64,000 nt of DNA from Deltaproteobacteria bacterium TL4 (GCA_051382335.1 JBBCAX010000253.1:1-64000), one strand, 5' to 3'. Shown: positions 10,208 through 19,628, counted from the stretch's first letter. Translations and numbers: made by a program. Notes: generated by a model not told the origin, from the sequence alone.

Positions 10208-11239
10208 ATGAGTGAAGCAATCAACGAGACTCAAAACGCGACTATTCTTGAAATCCAAAGAATGTCCACTGAAGATGGTCCTGGTATCCGGACGACCGTT
10301 TTTTTTAAAGGGTGTAGTTTAAAATGTACCTGGTGTCATAATCCGGAAAGCATCTCACCTAAGCCACGAGTACAGTGGTTGAGTAGTCGGTGCATTGGCT
10401 GTAAATTGTGCGTTGCCATCTGTCCTCAGCAGGGCTTGAGTTCTGTGGAAGAGGGAATCCTGAGAAATCTGGAACGTTGTGACGCTTGTGGAACGTGTGT
10501 GGAGGAATGTCCTTCCACCGCCATGGATATGCTGGGCAAACCTTGGCCCCTTGAGGCGCTGGTTGAGGAAGTCTTGAAAGATCGCGCGTATTTCGAAAAA
10601 TCAGGAGGTGGTGTAACGCTCTCAGGCGGAGAACCCACCATGCAAGTACGGTTTGCGAAGGAGTTTTTGAAAAGATTAAAGGCGGAACACATTCATACCG
10701 CCTTGGATACCTGTGGAATGTGCTCTGAAAAAGCGCTGGAGCAGCTCTTGCCTCATGCGGATATGATCCTTTATGACCTTAAAGAAATTGACTCAGAACA
10801 ACATCAAAAATTCACAGGAGTGTCGAATGACAAAATTCTCAGTAATTTGATTTTTATTGCGAATTATATCAAAAGGACACAACCGTTGACTCAGCTTTGG
10901 ATCCGAACGCCTATCATTCCCAAGGCCACAGCAACCAAAAAAAATATTGAAGGTATTGGAAAATTCATCTCAGCGAATTTGCGAAACACGGTAAATCGCT
11001 GGGAACTGTGTGCGTTCAATAATCTGTGTAAGGACAAATACGAACGGCTTGGTCATCATTGGGATTTTGATGGGTGTAGCCTTTTAAAAGAGGAGTTGAT
11101 GGAATCCCTCGCGCAAACAGCCAGATCCTCTGGCGTTGAGGCCCGGATTGTTCATTGGAGTGGCTCTACTCAAATTGAAGACCACAACGTGAAAACCATC
11201 AACCGTGCTGAACATTCAATGGAGGTGTGTCATGAATAA
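10208..11239 (+). CDS. Glycyl-radical activating enzyme (radical SAM with ferredoxin insert)
   Basis: DGPGIRTTVFFKGC, CxxxCxxC, two CxxCxxCxxxC motifs, SGGEP. Confidence 0.93.
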   Translation: MSEAINETQNATILEIQRMSTEDGPGIRTTVFFKGCSLKCTWCHNPESISPKPRVQWLSSRCIGCKLCVAICPQQGLSSVEEGILRNLERCDACGTCVEECPSTAMDMLGKPWPLEALVEEVLKDRAYFEKSGGGVTLSGGEPTMQVRFAKEFLKRLKAEHIHTALDTCGMCSEKALEQLLPHADMILYDLKEIDSEQHQKFTGVSNDKILSNLIFIANYIKRTQPLTQLWIRTPIIPKATATKKNIEGIGKFISANLRNTVNRWELCAFNNLCKDKYERLGHHWDFDGCSLLKEELMESLAQTARSSGVEARIVHWSGSTQIEDHNVKTINRAEHSMEVCHE

Positions 11240-12176
11240 GCAATTTTCGTTTAAAACAGAAGACCTGAAGTCTTTTGAACCTGATGCCAAGGTTGGACTT
11301 TTGGCAACGGTCAGCCCTGATGAACTTCCTCATATCACCCTGATCACAAGCCTTCAGGCCAAAACACCGTCTCAACTCATGTTTGCTCAATTTATTGAAG
11401 GGGTTAGCAAAGAGTACGTACAGCATAATCCCAAAACCGGCTTTCTGATCATGTCTTTAGACCGAAAATTATGGCGTGGGAAAGCACGCTGGACGCATCT
11501 TAAAAAAGAAGGTGAGGATTATCAACTTTTCAATAACAAACCCATGTTCCGCTACAATACCTATTTTGGGATTCACACGGTTCACTACCTGGACTTAGTC
11601 GAAACCTATGGAAAAGAAGACCTGCCCCTGCTGAAAATTCTTTCCTCCGCGTTAGTTACCAAGTCGAACAAAGCTTATGCCATGACAACCCTTGATCTTC
11701 CGCGTCCCCTGCAACAGCCGCTCAACGCTTTAAACTCACTCCTGGATTCCTTTCCTTTAAGTCCTGTAACACGGCTCACCCAGTCGCTTTTTAAAGAATC
11801 GATTTTGAAACCCTGGGCACAAGGCTTATTTAATAAACTTACTGCGCTTAAATTTATATCTTTCCTGGACCATGAAGGGTTCCCTGTGCTTGTTCCCCTT
11901 TTTCAATGTCAGGCCGCGGATAGTCGACGCCTGGTTTTCTCACCCTTTGCTTATGAAAACGAACTTCGGCTCTTGAAAAAAGAGACTCCGGTGGCGGTGT
12001 TTGGCTTAACGATGAATATGGAAAGTATTCTTGTTCGAGGGATATTTCAGGGCTTTAAATCCTATGCCGCGACAAATCTGGGCGCGATTGACATCGATTG
12101 GGTTTATAACTCGATGCCTCCCAAACAAGGGCAAGTCTATCCTTCTGTCCCTATAAAAGCGGTTGTGGATTTTTAG
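11232..12176 (+). CDS. Tandem PNPOx-like (split-barrel) domain protein
   Basis: Two related halves (KVGLLATVSPDELPHIT / KFISFLDHEGFPVLV); GGAGGT RBS; overlaps activase stop. Confidence 0.7.
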   Translation: MNKQFSFKTEDLKSFEPDAKVGLLATVSPDELPHITLITSLQAKTPSQLMFAQFIEGVSKEYVQHNPKTGFLIMSLDRKLWRGKARWTHLKKEGEDYQLFNNKPMFRYNTYFGIHTVHYLDLVETYGKEDLPLLKILSSALVTKSNKAYAMTTLDLPRPLQQPLNALNSLLDSFPLSPVTRLTQSLFKESILKPWAQGLFNKLTALKFISFLDHEGFPVLVPLFQCQAADSRRLVFSPFAYENELRLLKKETPVAVFGLTMNMESILVRGIFQGFKSYAATNLGAIDIDWVYNSMPPKQGQVYPSVPIKAVVDF

Positions 12177-12290
12177 GAGCCGTAGTTGTTGGCTTGAATT
12201 TGATAGAGCGAAACCCCCTGGCGGTGCCATCCCGGAAAAAAGCTGGGTTCTTTAAGCCGTGGAAGGTGTCAGAGGTAAAAATGAAATGAA

Positions 12291-12320
12291 TTGACATTTT
12301 TTAGAAATATATTAAATACT
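12291..12320 (+). promoter_or_regulatory. Possible sigma70 promoter
   Basis: TTGACA at 12291 followed by AT-rich weak -10 (TAAATACT). Confidence 0.35.
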
Positions 12321-12413
12321 TACGGCTTTATTGCCCTCATTGCGTTTTTTCTGATCTTTCAATAAGCAGATTACAACCTTTTTGATAGCACCTTTAACAA
12401 TAGGGATCTTGTT

Positions 12414-13382
12414 ATGACCGCACCTTGGATTACTTATCGACCCGAATTAAAAATCCTCGATTGCACCATTCGTGATGGTGGATTGATCAACGACCACATG
12501 TTTGAAGATGGCTTGGTGAAAGCTGTTTATGATACTTGCTGTGAGGCGGGAGTAGACTACATGGAGTTAGGCTACAAAGCTTCAAAGAAAATTTTTGCTC
12601 TGGACAAATCTGGCGTATGGAAATTTTGTGATGAGGATCAAATTCGCCGGGTTATTGGTGATCATCAAGGGCCTCTCAAATTGGCTGTAATGGCAGATGC
12701 GGAAAAAACAGATTATAAAACCGACATCCTTCCCAAGAGTGAGAGCATCCTGGATGTGATTCGCGTCGCGACTTATGTGCATCAAATACCTACAGCCGTC
12801 AATATGATTAAAGACGCTTATGACAAAGGCTATGAGGTTTGCTGCAACATCATGGCGGTTTCCAATGTTCAAGATGCGGAATTGCAACAAGCTTTGGAAA
12901 TTCTCGCTGGCACCCCTGCCAGTACGATTGTGGTGGTCGATAGTTTTGGCTCTCTTTATACGGAACAGATCGAAATATTGGTCAAAATGTACCAAAAAGC
13001 GTTGGAAGGAACCAACAAAGAAGTGGGCATTCACGCACACAATAATCAACAATTAGCCTTCGCAAATACCATTGAAGCCATCATTCATGGCGCAAACCGG
13101 TTAGATGCGACGGTTGCTGGAATCGGTCGAGGTGCGGGTAACTGCCCCATGGAACTGTTGATTGGATTTTTACGCAATCCCAAATATAATATCCGACCTT
13201 ACTTGAGGTTACTGGAAGAATATTTTGTCCCCTTGAGAGAAACCATTGAGTGGGGTCCCTTAGTTCCCTACAATATCACAGGACAACTCAATCAACACCC
13301 CAGAGCGGCAATTGAGATGCGAATGGGTAAGGACAAGGATAAATACGTTGAGTTTTACGATAAATTAGTCTCCGACTTATAA
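12414..13382 (+). CDS. DRE-TIM metallolyase, 4-hydroxy-2-oxovalerate aldolase-like
   Basis: DCTIRDGG, DSFGSL, HAHNN, GIGRGAGN. Confidence 0.85.
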   Translation: MTAPWITYRPELKILDCTIRDGGLINDHMFEDGLVKAVYDTCCEAGVDYMELGYKASKKIFALDKSGVWKFCDEDQIRRVIGDHQGPLKLAVMADAEKTDYKTDILPKSESILDVIRVATYVHQIPTAVNMIKDAYDKGYEVCCNIMAVSNVQDAELQQALEILAGTPASTIVVVDSFGSLYTEQIEILVKMYQKALEGTNKEVGIHAHNNQQLAFANTIEAIIHGANRLDATVAGIGRGAGNCPMELLIGFLRNPKYNIRPYLRLLEEYFVPLRETIEWGPLVPYNITGQLNQHPRAAIEMRMGKDKDKYVEFYDKLVSDL

Positions 13383-13401
13383 GCAAAGGCAGAAAGCGGC
13401 T

Positions 13402-14031
13402 ATGGATGTAGGACAGTTTAGAAAACTCCCCCTCGTGGGGATTTTGAGGGGAATTGAAAAAGAGATGGTCGAACCTCTGGTTGAAACCGCTGTTTCTTCA
13501 GGTTTGAAAACGATCGAAATCACGATGAACACTCCCAAGGCCCCCGAATTAATAAAACTGATGCGAAACCTTTCCGCAGGTCGTTTGTTCGTAGGGGCCG
13601 GCACTGTTTTATCCATGAGCGACCTGCATTCAGCCTTAGAGGCGGGAGCCTCCTTCATCGTTATGCCAACGCTGGTCGCTGAAGTCGTTGAATACTGTGC
13701 CGAAAATTTAATTCCGGTTTTTCCCGGAGCCTTAACCCCTCAAGAAATTTTCAACGCCTGGAATGCCGGTGCCACCATGGTCAAGGTTTTCCCTGCCAAA
13801 TTTTTTGGGGCGGAATATTTCAAAGAGCTTAAGGGCCCTTTTCAAAACATTGAATTATTAGCCTGTGGAGGAGTGACCCCCGAAAATATCGCCTCATTTT
13901 TCGATGCGGGGGTCTCCGCTATCGCTTTTGGCGGGAGTGTTTTCGCACCCAAGTTGCTTGCGGCACAAGACTTTTCTCAAATCGGAAAAAATATAAAAGC
14001 CTTTGTTGATCAATATACGCTCACCTGCTGA
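13402..14031 (+). CDS. eda: KDPG/KHG aldolase
   Basis: GILRG, IEIT, VGAGTV, VKVFPA, GGV. Confidence 0.88.
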   Translation: MDVGQFRKLPLVGILRGIEKEMVEPLVETAVSSGLKTIEITMNTPKAPELIKLMRNLSAGRLFVGAGTVLSMSDLHSALEAGASFIVMPTLVAEVVEYCAENLIPVFPGALTPQEIFNAWNAGATMVKVFPAKFFGAEYFKELKGPFQNIELLACGGVTPENIASFFDAGVSAIAFGGSVFAPKLLAAQDFSQIGKNIKAFVDQYTLTC

Positions 14032-14067
14032 ACCCCCCTGAAGCAACGCAGAATCAAATGAAAAAAC

Positions 14068-14781
14068 TCAGCGTTGAGGACTTGCGGTTTTTAAATTTTT
14101 TGCTAGTTGTCGGCCTTCATTGTATTGCTGTCTGAAGTAATTTTTTGCTTTGTCAGGGTCAAAATCGAGTAATGTCCCTCCAAGTTCAAAATGATGGGTA
14201 AACACCCTCCCCACCGCATAGGTACAGGCAACAGCGCTGGTAGGCATGATTGCCGCGCCTATTACTGAGCCAAAACCAGGTATGGTTTTCAGAAAACTTC
14301 CCAAACTTTGGGAAAATGACAGAGGAACAACGGCCCCTAATAAGGATGCCATGTAGGTAGGGCTTTTATGCGCAGAATAAGGAACCTCATAAAGCGTTGA
14401 AATCGATTTCAACATTTTCAACTGGAGCACACCTAAGGCGGCAGTGTCAACGAAAGGTAGAGGGAAAACCCCAACGCCCATAGCCAAAATCATATAATTC
14501 TGAATAATTCCTTCCACCTCCCGCTTTCGAACAAGCTGTTGTCGGGTATCGGAAATGTCCGGTTCCTCAATTTTCAACGGAGACGTCTCAAGCTCAGCCT
14601 TCTTATTTCTGGTTTCAGTCTTGGGTGTTGGCGTCTTCTGGTTGATACTTTGAGCGGATTCATCAACTATGGGTTCGTATAACCGCCTTCTTGCGCGTTG
14701 AAATTTTTCAGACTCTTCAGTAGGTGATTGGGCTTGGGGGATTTCGTTTTCGGGTGGAGTTGAGGGGGTTTGATTGCTCAT
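14068..14781 (-). CDS. DUF697 (YcjF-like) protein with charged N-terminal extension
   Basis: GVFPLPFVD..LQLKML, KTIPGFG, TYAVGRVF..HFELGGTLLDFDP. Confidence 0.82.
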   Translation of the reverse strand: MSNQTPSTPPENEIPQAQSPTEESEKFQRARRRLYEPIVDESAQSINQKTPTPKTETRNKKAELETSPLKIEEPDISDTRQQLVRKREVEGIIQNYMILAMGVGVFPLPFVDTAALGVLQLKMLKSISTLYEVPYSAHKSPTYMASLLGAVVPLSFSQSLGSFLKTIPGFGSVIGAAIMPTSAVACTYAVGRVFTHHFELGGTLLDFDPDKAKNYFRQQYNEGRQLAKNLKTASPQR

Positions 14782-14851
14782 GATTTATCACTAAAATAAA
14801 GATTCTCAAACTTTTGGTGCCTCTATTGACTGAGGCACCCCATGAAAATAT

Positions 14852-15382
14852 TTAAGCGGCTTTTTTATTAGTAGCTTCAGCTTTCATTTTTGAAGCAACC
14901 AGTTTGCCTTCTTCATAAAGTTCGGCAAAATGGCCTCTAACCTTTTCCGGATCAAAAGTCAGGAACGTTCCTCCTGAAGCAAAATGTTGCAGGAAAATCT
15001 TTCCAACAGCATAAGTGGAAGCTCCTGCGGAAAGTGGCGTCACGACAACACCAATCATGGGACCTACAAAGGGAATAAATTTAGTTAAACTTCCACCCAC
15101 TCTTGATAATCCACCAACACCAACACCTCCTAACAAGGAACCAATCGTCGATTTACCCCAGTTGCTTTTAAATTCCAGATCATAGAGTTTGCCAAGCTGA
15201 TTTAAAAGTCTGAGCTGGAACGCGGTAACGCCCAAGATGTCAACAAGAGGAATGGGGATCAATCCAACACCCATTGACCATAACACATTTGTTTTGATAT
15301 AGCCCAATCCCTCAAGTTCTTTTTCTCTATCAGAAACCTGAGCCTCAGGGGTTACTTTTTCTTTTTTTTCATTACTACTCAT
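14852..15382 (-). CDS. DUF697 (YcjF-like) protein
   Basis: GLIPIPLVD..QLRLL, KFIPFVG, TYAVGKIF..HFASGGTFLTFDP; AAGGAG RBS before ATG 15382. Confidence 0.85.
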   Translation of the reverse strand: MSSNEKKEKVTPEAQVSDREKELEGLGYIKTNVLWSMGVGLIPIPLVDILGVTAFQLRLLNQLGKLYDLEFKSNWGKSTIGSLLGGVGVGGLSRVGGSLTKFIPFVGPMIGVVVTPLSAGASTYAVGKIFLQHFASGGTFLTFDPEKVRGHFAELYEEGKLVASKMKAEATNKKAA

Positions 15383-15785
15383 AGTACTCCTTATGGTTTG
15401 ATTTTGAAGCAAATTAACCGCTGTTGCTTAACAGAAGTCCGTCTTAATCCATTAAAATTGCAAGCTACCTCATAACTCCGTCGAAGGATGCGTCACTACA
15501 TCACATCTAATTCGTATGATACCGGACCCCGGCCTAAGAGATACCTTAACTTCAAGGTATTCCGCAAGATTTTTAAAGCATTTTACCTAATTTTTTATAA
15601 TGATTCATTCCACAAAACACACAATCCCGTACCTTATAGGCGAAAGGTACGTATCAATTTCTTATGAGGCACTCTCCACCTTCAGAAATTAAGTGTGTTA
15701 TTCAGGAATATATTGGACCCAAGGGCGTGAATGAAACCGGGATGGTAAACAACCCAAGGAAGTTTTCTCAGACAACCTCTTGGGA

Positions 15786-15825
15786 TGGGCCACCCAAAGA
15801 GAAGAGAAGTGGCCCCCCCTTTTTC
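15786..15825. terminator. Hairpin downstream of the 86-aa gene, possible terminator
   Basis: gggccac...gtggccc stem next to a T-tract. Confidence 0.35.
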
Positions 15826-16085
15826 TATTTTTTTTCAACCTTGTCTAAAAGTTTTGAAGCTAATTCACCCACTTTTTGATTCACGCTCCGAATGGTGTCG
15901 TAAACACTGCCAATTGAGGAATCCTGGACTTTTTTAATGGATTTTGCTTTTGCTTCAAAGCCACTAATTTTTTCCAAAGTGTCCAACGGCATATTGGCAA
16001 TTTGCTTATGAACTTCTTCGACTGTAGTTGCGCCCTTGTCAATTGCATTTTGTACCAAGTCTTTCAAACTTTTTAAATTCGCCAT
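15825..16085 (-). CDS. Small amphipathic helical hypothetical protein
   Basis: GGAGA RBS; helical pattern DKGATTVEEVHKQIA..VYDTIRSVN. Confidence 0.75.
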   Translation of the reverse strand: MANLKSLKDLVQNAIDKGATTVEEVHKQIANMPLDTLEKISGFEAKAKSIKKVQDSSIGSVYDTIRSVNQKVGELASKLLDKVEKK

Positions 16086-16392
16086 GATCGTTTCTCCAAA
16101 TAAGAATGATGTTTCGTTTCGTCTTTCCTTTGTAAGTGCCCAGTCAAAAGTGATTTAACAAGGTGACTGGAGACAGGTATACGCGTGAGGACGGCTTCAA
16201 ATTCGACAAGAAGGAGCTTGAACCTTTCAAGACCCACAGTTTTCACCTATAGTAACAATCCGATAAGAGCAAGAAATTTTTATAAGCTTTTATCAGTTCA
16301 TGTGAATTTTAAAAAAGGCTAGCGCTTCCTTAAAGAGCGAGTCTTCCCCGACTGGGAGGTGGCGGAGAAAAACCGCTACCTAACCGATTCGC

Positions 16393-16744
16393 TCACATAT
16401 TTTCCAGTCTTGTCAGATCGGAAACTGAAGAAACACAGGCGTCCATGTCCGTCAACAGCCCATCCGAGCTTGCATAAATCCAACTGTGGATGGTCACACT
16501 CTGGCCTCTCTGCCAGGCTTCTTGAACAATCGTCGTGTTTCCAACATTCTTTACTTGCTCGATCACATTCAGTTCGCAGAGTCGGTTTATCCTTTCTTGC
16601 ACTGTGGAAAACCGAGATAGTTTGGCAGACCGTCTTTGAGAAATATCGCGAATGTGACGAAGCCAGTTGTCGATCAAACCGTGAGGTTGACTTTCTATTG
16701 CCGCTCTCACGCCGCTGTATCCGTAATGACCGCAGACGATGATA
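16393..16744 (-). pseudogene. can: Beta-carbonic anhydrase, 3' half only
   Basis: IIVCGHYGYSGVRAA (Zn-ligand Cys replaced by Tyr), IDNWLRHIRD, LCELNVIEQV; N-terminal half missing. Confidence 0.85.
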
Positions 16745-16829
16745 TAGACGCCCTGATTTAGATACTCAAACTCGTATTCATATTGCTATGTTTGCTTGGT
16801 TGCATCAAGGGGTTTACGGGAAAATGACT

Positions 16830-17020
16830 GGTAGCACCACACTTAACCGTGGTTGAGCATTTTCAGGGTGAATTTCTCGTTGCGAGGCTCCAGCCTCGTA
16901 ACGCAAAGAGTGAGGCTCCAGCCTCCATTTAGTCAAGGCTAGAGCCTTGTCTTATGGGTAACGAGGCTGGAGCCTCGTTACCAGTAAAGTTAACCGACCA
17001 CGGTTAACTGGAGTGCTACC
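16830..17020. mobile_element. MITE-like element with internal REP cluster
   Basis: TIRs GGTAGCACCACACTTAACCGTGG / CCACGGTTAACTGGAGTGCTACC; internal GAGGCTCCAGCCTC hairpins; no clear TSD. Confidence 0.7.
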
Positions 17021-17141
17021 TCTGCTAAATCGTCCAGTATTGTTTTAAAAGATTTGTACTTTGGCTTAATCTGGCAAGCTTCGCATCCTTGACGGTTCCG
17101 AATCACAGAGCCTCGTCATCCGATAAGGTTTGAATTGGAAA

Positions 17142-17702
17142 TCAGAAGGTTTTTGGCGTAAAGTTCGCCGGAGTTGCGAGAGAAAAGACTTCATCATGGA
17201 CGGATGCCAGATACAGACCCGAGTGAAGGACCTCCTCTCTCACGGAAGACTCGGTGTCCACATAGACCACCATCCCCCGGATCGTTTTGTCAGAATATTC
17301 CGGAAAAAACATACGGAAGTTTTTCAGTATCTCCAGCGTTTGATCCAGATCCCGTTGTTCCAGACGACTTTTCACTTCAATCACATACAACTCATTCACT
17401 GTACCATTCGTATAAGCCACTGCATCCACTTCCATGTTCTTTCCCTCTTTTCTCTTGCGGAGACGAGTCAGAAAGGTATCCATTCCAAAGCGCTCCGTCA
17501 TGATTTTCGAGATGGAGGGAAATGCCATCGCTTCGGTGAAGGTGCCAAACTTGTTATTCAACCCTCCGATATTTTTTGACAATTCTTTGACAATACTGCT
17601 GGTTTCCTTGATTTCACGGTCCGTTTCCGCTGTTTTTTCCTTCATCTCATGGCTCGTTTCCTTGAGTTGACGGTCCGTTGATCGCTGGACTAAAGCTATC
17701 AT
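17142..17702 (-). CDS. Coiled-coil plus PD-(D/E)XK-like protein (DUF3782-like), possibly 5'-truncated
   Basis: ETDR/KET coil, GGLNNKFGTFTE, EVDA..VIEVKS. Confidence 0.7.
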   Translation of the reverse strand: MIALVQRSTDRQLKETSHEMKEKTAETDREIKETSSIVKELSKNIGGLNNKFGTFTEAMAFPSISKIMTERFGMDTFLTRLRKRKEGKNMEVDAVAYTNGTVNELYVIEVKSRLEQRDLDQTLEILKNFRMFFPEYSDKTIRGMVVYVDTESSVREEVLHSGLYLASVHDEVFSLATPANFTPKTF

Positions 17703-17860
17703 AATTCGCGATACTCATCAATTCCCGTGGAGTTGGCAAACGCCACCCCGAGGAATAGCCGCCCAGATTGAGTCCCGAACAATAGGTTCCCGCATCTGCC
17801 CAAGTGCGAGTTGTGGCATCATCCTGCTTTTGCCACAACAATCCCGTCACATTATCCGTT
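17700..17860 (-). pseudogene. DUF1566 (Lcl-type) domain fragment
   Basis: DNVTGLLWQK..TWADAGTYCSGLNLGGYSSGWRLPTPRELMSI; both ends missing. Confidence 0.8.
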
Positions 17861-18006
17861 TTATTAAAAAAACAAAAAAATCTGGCATATTTCACAGGCT
17901 ACCAACTTATGCCGATACCCTTTGTAAATTCAATTAGTTAGTCGCTGGCGCTTAATTACTTTTCTGGTTGCACCGCTTCGCGTTGCAGGGTGCAGGAGCA
18001 CCCAAT

Positions 18007-18242
18007 CGGCATGTTTCACCCATGCCTAACACTTTGTGGAGGCTATCCATTTAATCCGATATATCCTAATCTGTCTGAGAAATGGTAGGCGGGGATTGCA
18101 TGCCCCGCCCTTGTGTCTAGCCGTGCATGCTATTCTGGCCTACTGTATCATTTAAAACTGGTAGGTCAGCATTACATGCCCGACCAGGCGGGGCGTGCAA
18201 TCCCCGCCTACCATAACTGTTAGTCATAAATGAAACATGCCG
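18007..18242. mobile_element. MITE with 6-bp TSD and internal REP pair
   Basis: TIRs CGGCATGTTTCA..ATG.CTAACA (21/25 match); CCCAAT on both flanks; gtaggcggggattgcatgccccgcc / ggcggggcgtgcaatccccgcctac inside. Confidence 0.8.
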
Positions 18243-18250
18243 CCCAATCA

Positions 18251-18280
18251 GGCATTCCCACGCCGGAGCATGGGAACGAG
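18251..18280. repeat. REP-like palindrome
   Basis: gcattcccacgccggagcatgggaacgag hairpin. Confidence 0.6.
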
Positions 18281-18330
18281 TTTCCTGCTTTAAAGCAGTA
18301 CCCAAAAAATCTACACCAATGACCAAACAT

Positions 18331-18679
18331 TCTTGAATCGTATTTTGATGCCTTTTCAAGTTTCTCTCTCCGACCTCTTTAATTTGATCATAACGGGATT
18401 GCGGCATCTCAATAATCTCAGGTTTCCAATATTCTTTTTTCCAGGTGGTCATGACCTGTTGGGCATTTTTGAAACTCATGTCAATCGGATCGGTTACTTC
18501 GGTCTTACCTTGGAAATTAATTTTTGCGATGATCCCCTCCTGAATGGAAATTGGGTCCCCTTCTAATTTTCTATATTCAAAAAAGTTGAGATGAATTTGC
18601 TGGCAATCGCAACCAGGATTTGGGCAATAAAGGTCCTCGACCCAATACTCTTTGTCCCTGTGTTTGAAATGGAAAGAAC
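18331..18679 (-). pseudogene. Internal fragment of a SEC-C motif protein gene
   Basis: [26 protein letters not shown]; abuts IS left end; continuation lies on + strand at 19476. Confidence 0.75.
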
Positions 18680-19475
18680 GGGTGCAATTAAAAGTGTGAG
18701 GCAACAGTAAAGGCTTTGTATAATTTATTGAAATTGAGTATTCTGTCTTACGATAAGAGCTCAGAAGAACAATTAAATAGATACAAAGCGAGGTAAAAAT
18801 TGAAAACTATTAAACAATCTTTGATACGAGATGAGAGTTTGGAAGGCCGTTTAGGACGACATCCTCAGCTAAAAAAAAGAGTAGAGGCGATGCTGGATTT
18901 GATAGAAAATACAGATGGAAATATTGAGAAAGCCAACATATAGACGTTCATTTAAATAAATTCATTGGAGTCTAACCCAGGCTGTGGAGTGCCAAAGCTT
19001 GCTTTGGCCAAAGCCAAAGAAAGGCTTTCGCCTTTCTGGCCAAAGCAAGCTTTGGCACTCCTGAAACAGCGTTGTTTAAACGGCTCTCGCAACAGGATGA
19101 GTTTTCTGAATTTATTTAAATGAACATCTATAGCGGAACAATATGTGATTGATGAGATTCGAAAAATGGGTCATGACATTTTAGAAAATTGGTCTAAGCA
19201 GCAGATCAATAAAAAAACAATTAGAGCTGAGAGTGACTCTTCTATAGAAGGTGGCGGAAAAAAAAACTTCATTGGCATACAACGTTCGGTCAAATAGAAG
19301 AAAGTTCACATCGATATATTATTCAAGATCGAATGAAACTACCGGGAGCTTGGTGGGAAGTCAATAACGCAAAAAAAATGTTGGCCTTGAAACTTTTACA
19401 GGTAAACGGAAAATGGGAAAACTATTGGGAAAATCGGTGGGAAAATAATGTTGCCTCACACTCTTAATTGCACCC
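18680..19475 (+). mobile_element. Internally deleted ISKra4-like insertion sequence
   Basis: 27-bp TIRs GGGTGCAATTAARAGTGTGAGGCAACA (1 mismatch); transposase remnants RLGRHPQLKKRVEAML, LHWHTTFGQIE, ESSHRYIIQDRMKLPGAWW..YW. Confidence 0.85.
18941..19130. mobile_element. TA-targeting MITE (IS630-like ends), copy 1
   Basis: TIRs TAGAYGTTCATTTAAATAAATTCA; TA duplication; removal restores the transposase frame; internal GGAGTGCCAAAGCTTGCTTTGGC pair. Confidence 0.9.
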
Positions 19476-19628
19476 GTCGGAGAGAGAAACTTGAAAAGGC
19501 ATCAAAATACGATTCAAGATACCTCTCAAATCCTACTTCCTGAGGTCGGACACAATGAGTTATGTCCTTGTGGAAGTGGGAAAAAATATAAGAAATGCTG
19601 TGGAAAAAAAGGGATGGCGGTTCTTTGA
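19476..19628 (+). pseudogene. 3' end of SEC-C motif gene
   Basis: [34 protein letters not shown]; starts exactly at the IS right end. Confidence 0.85.

Noticed and set aside
12210..12271. IS200/IS605 right-end remnant (gaaacccc..ctttaagccgtgga..gtca)
   Set aside because: Weak interrupted resemblance; no tnpA or tnpB nearby
14068..16085. Magnetosome, ferrosome or gas-vesicle cluster
   Set aside because: No mam, P1B-ATPase, feoB or gvp genes recognisable in the window
16830..17020. CRISPR array from repeated GAGGCTCCAGCCTC
   Set aside because: Units are short, in both orientations, unevenly spaced, and no cas genes are present
18117..18704. 195-aa ORF as an intact gene
   Set aside because: Starts in the IS TIR and ends in REP/MITE sequence; only the middle is gene-derived
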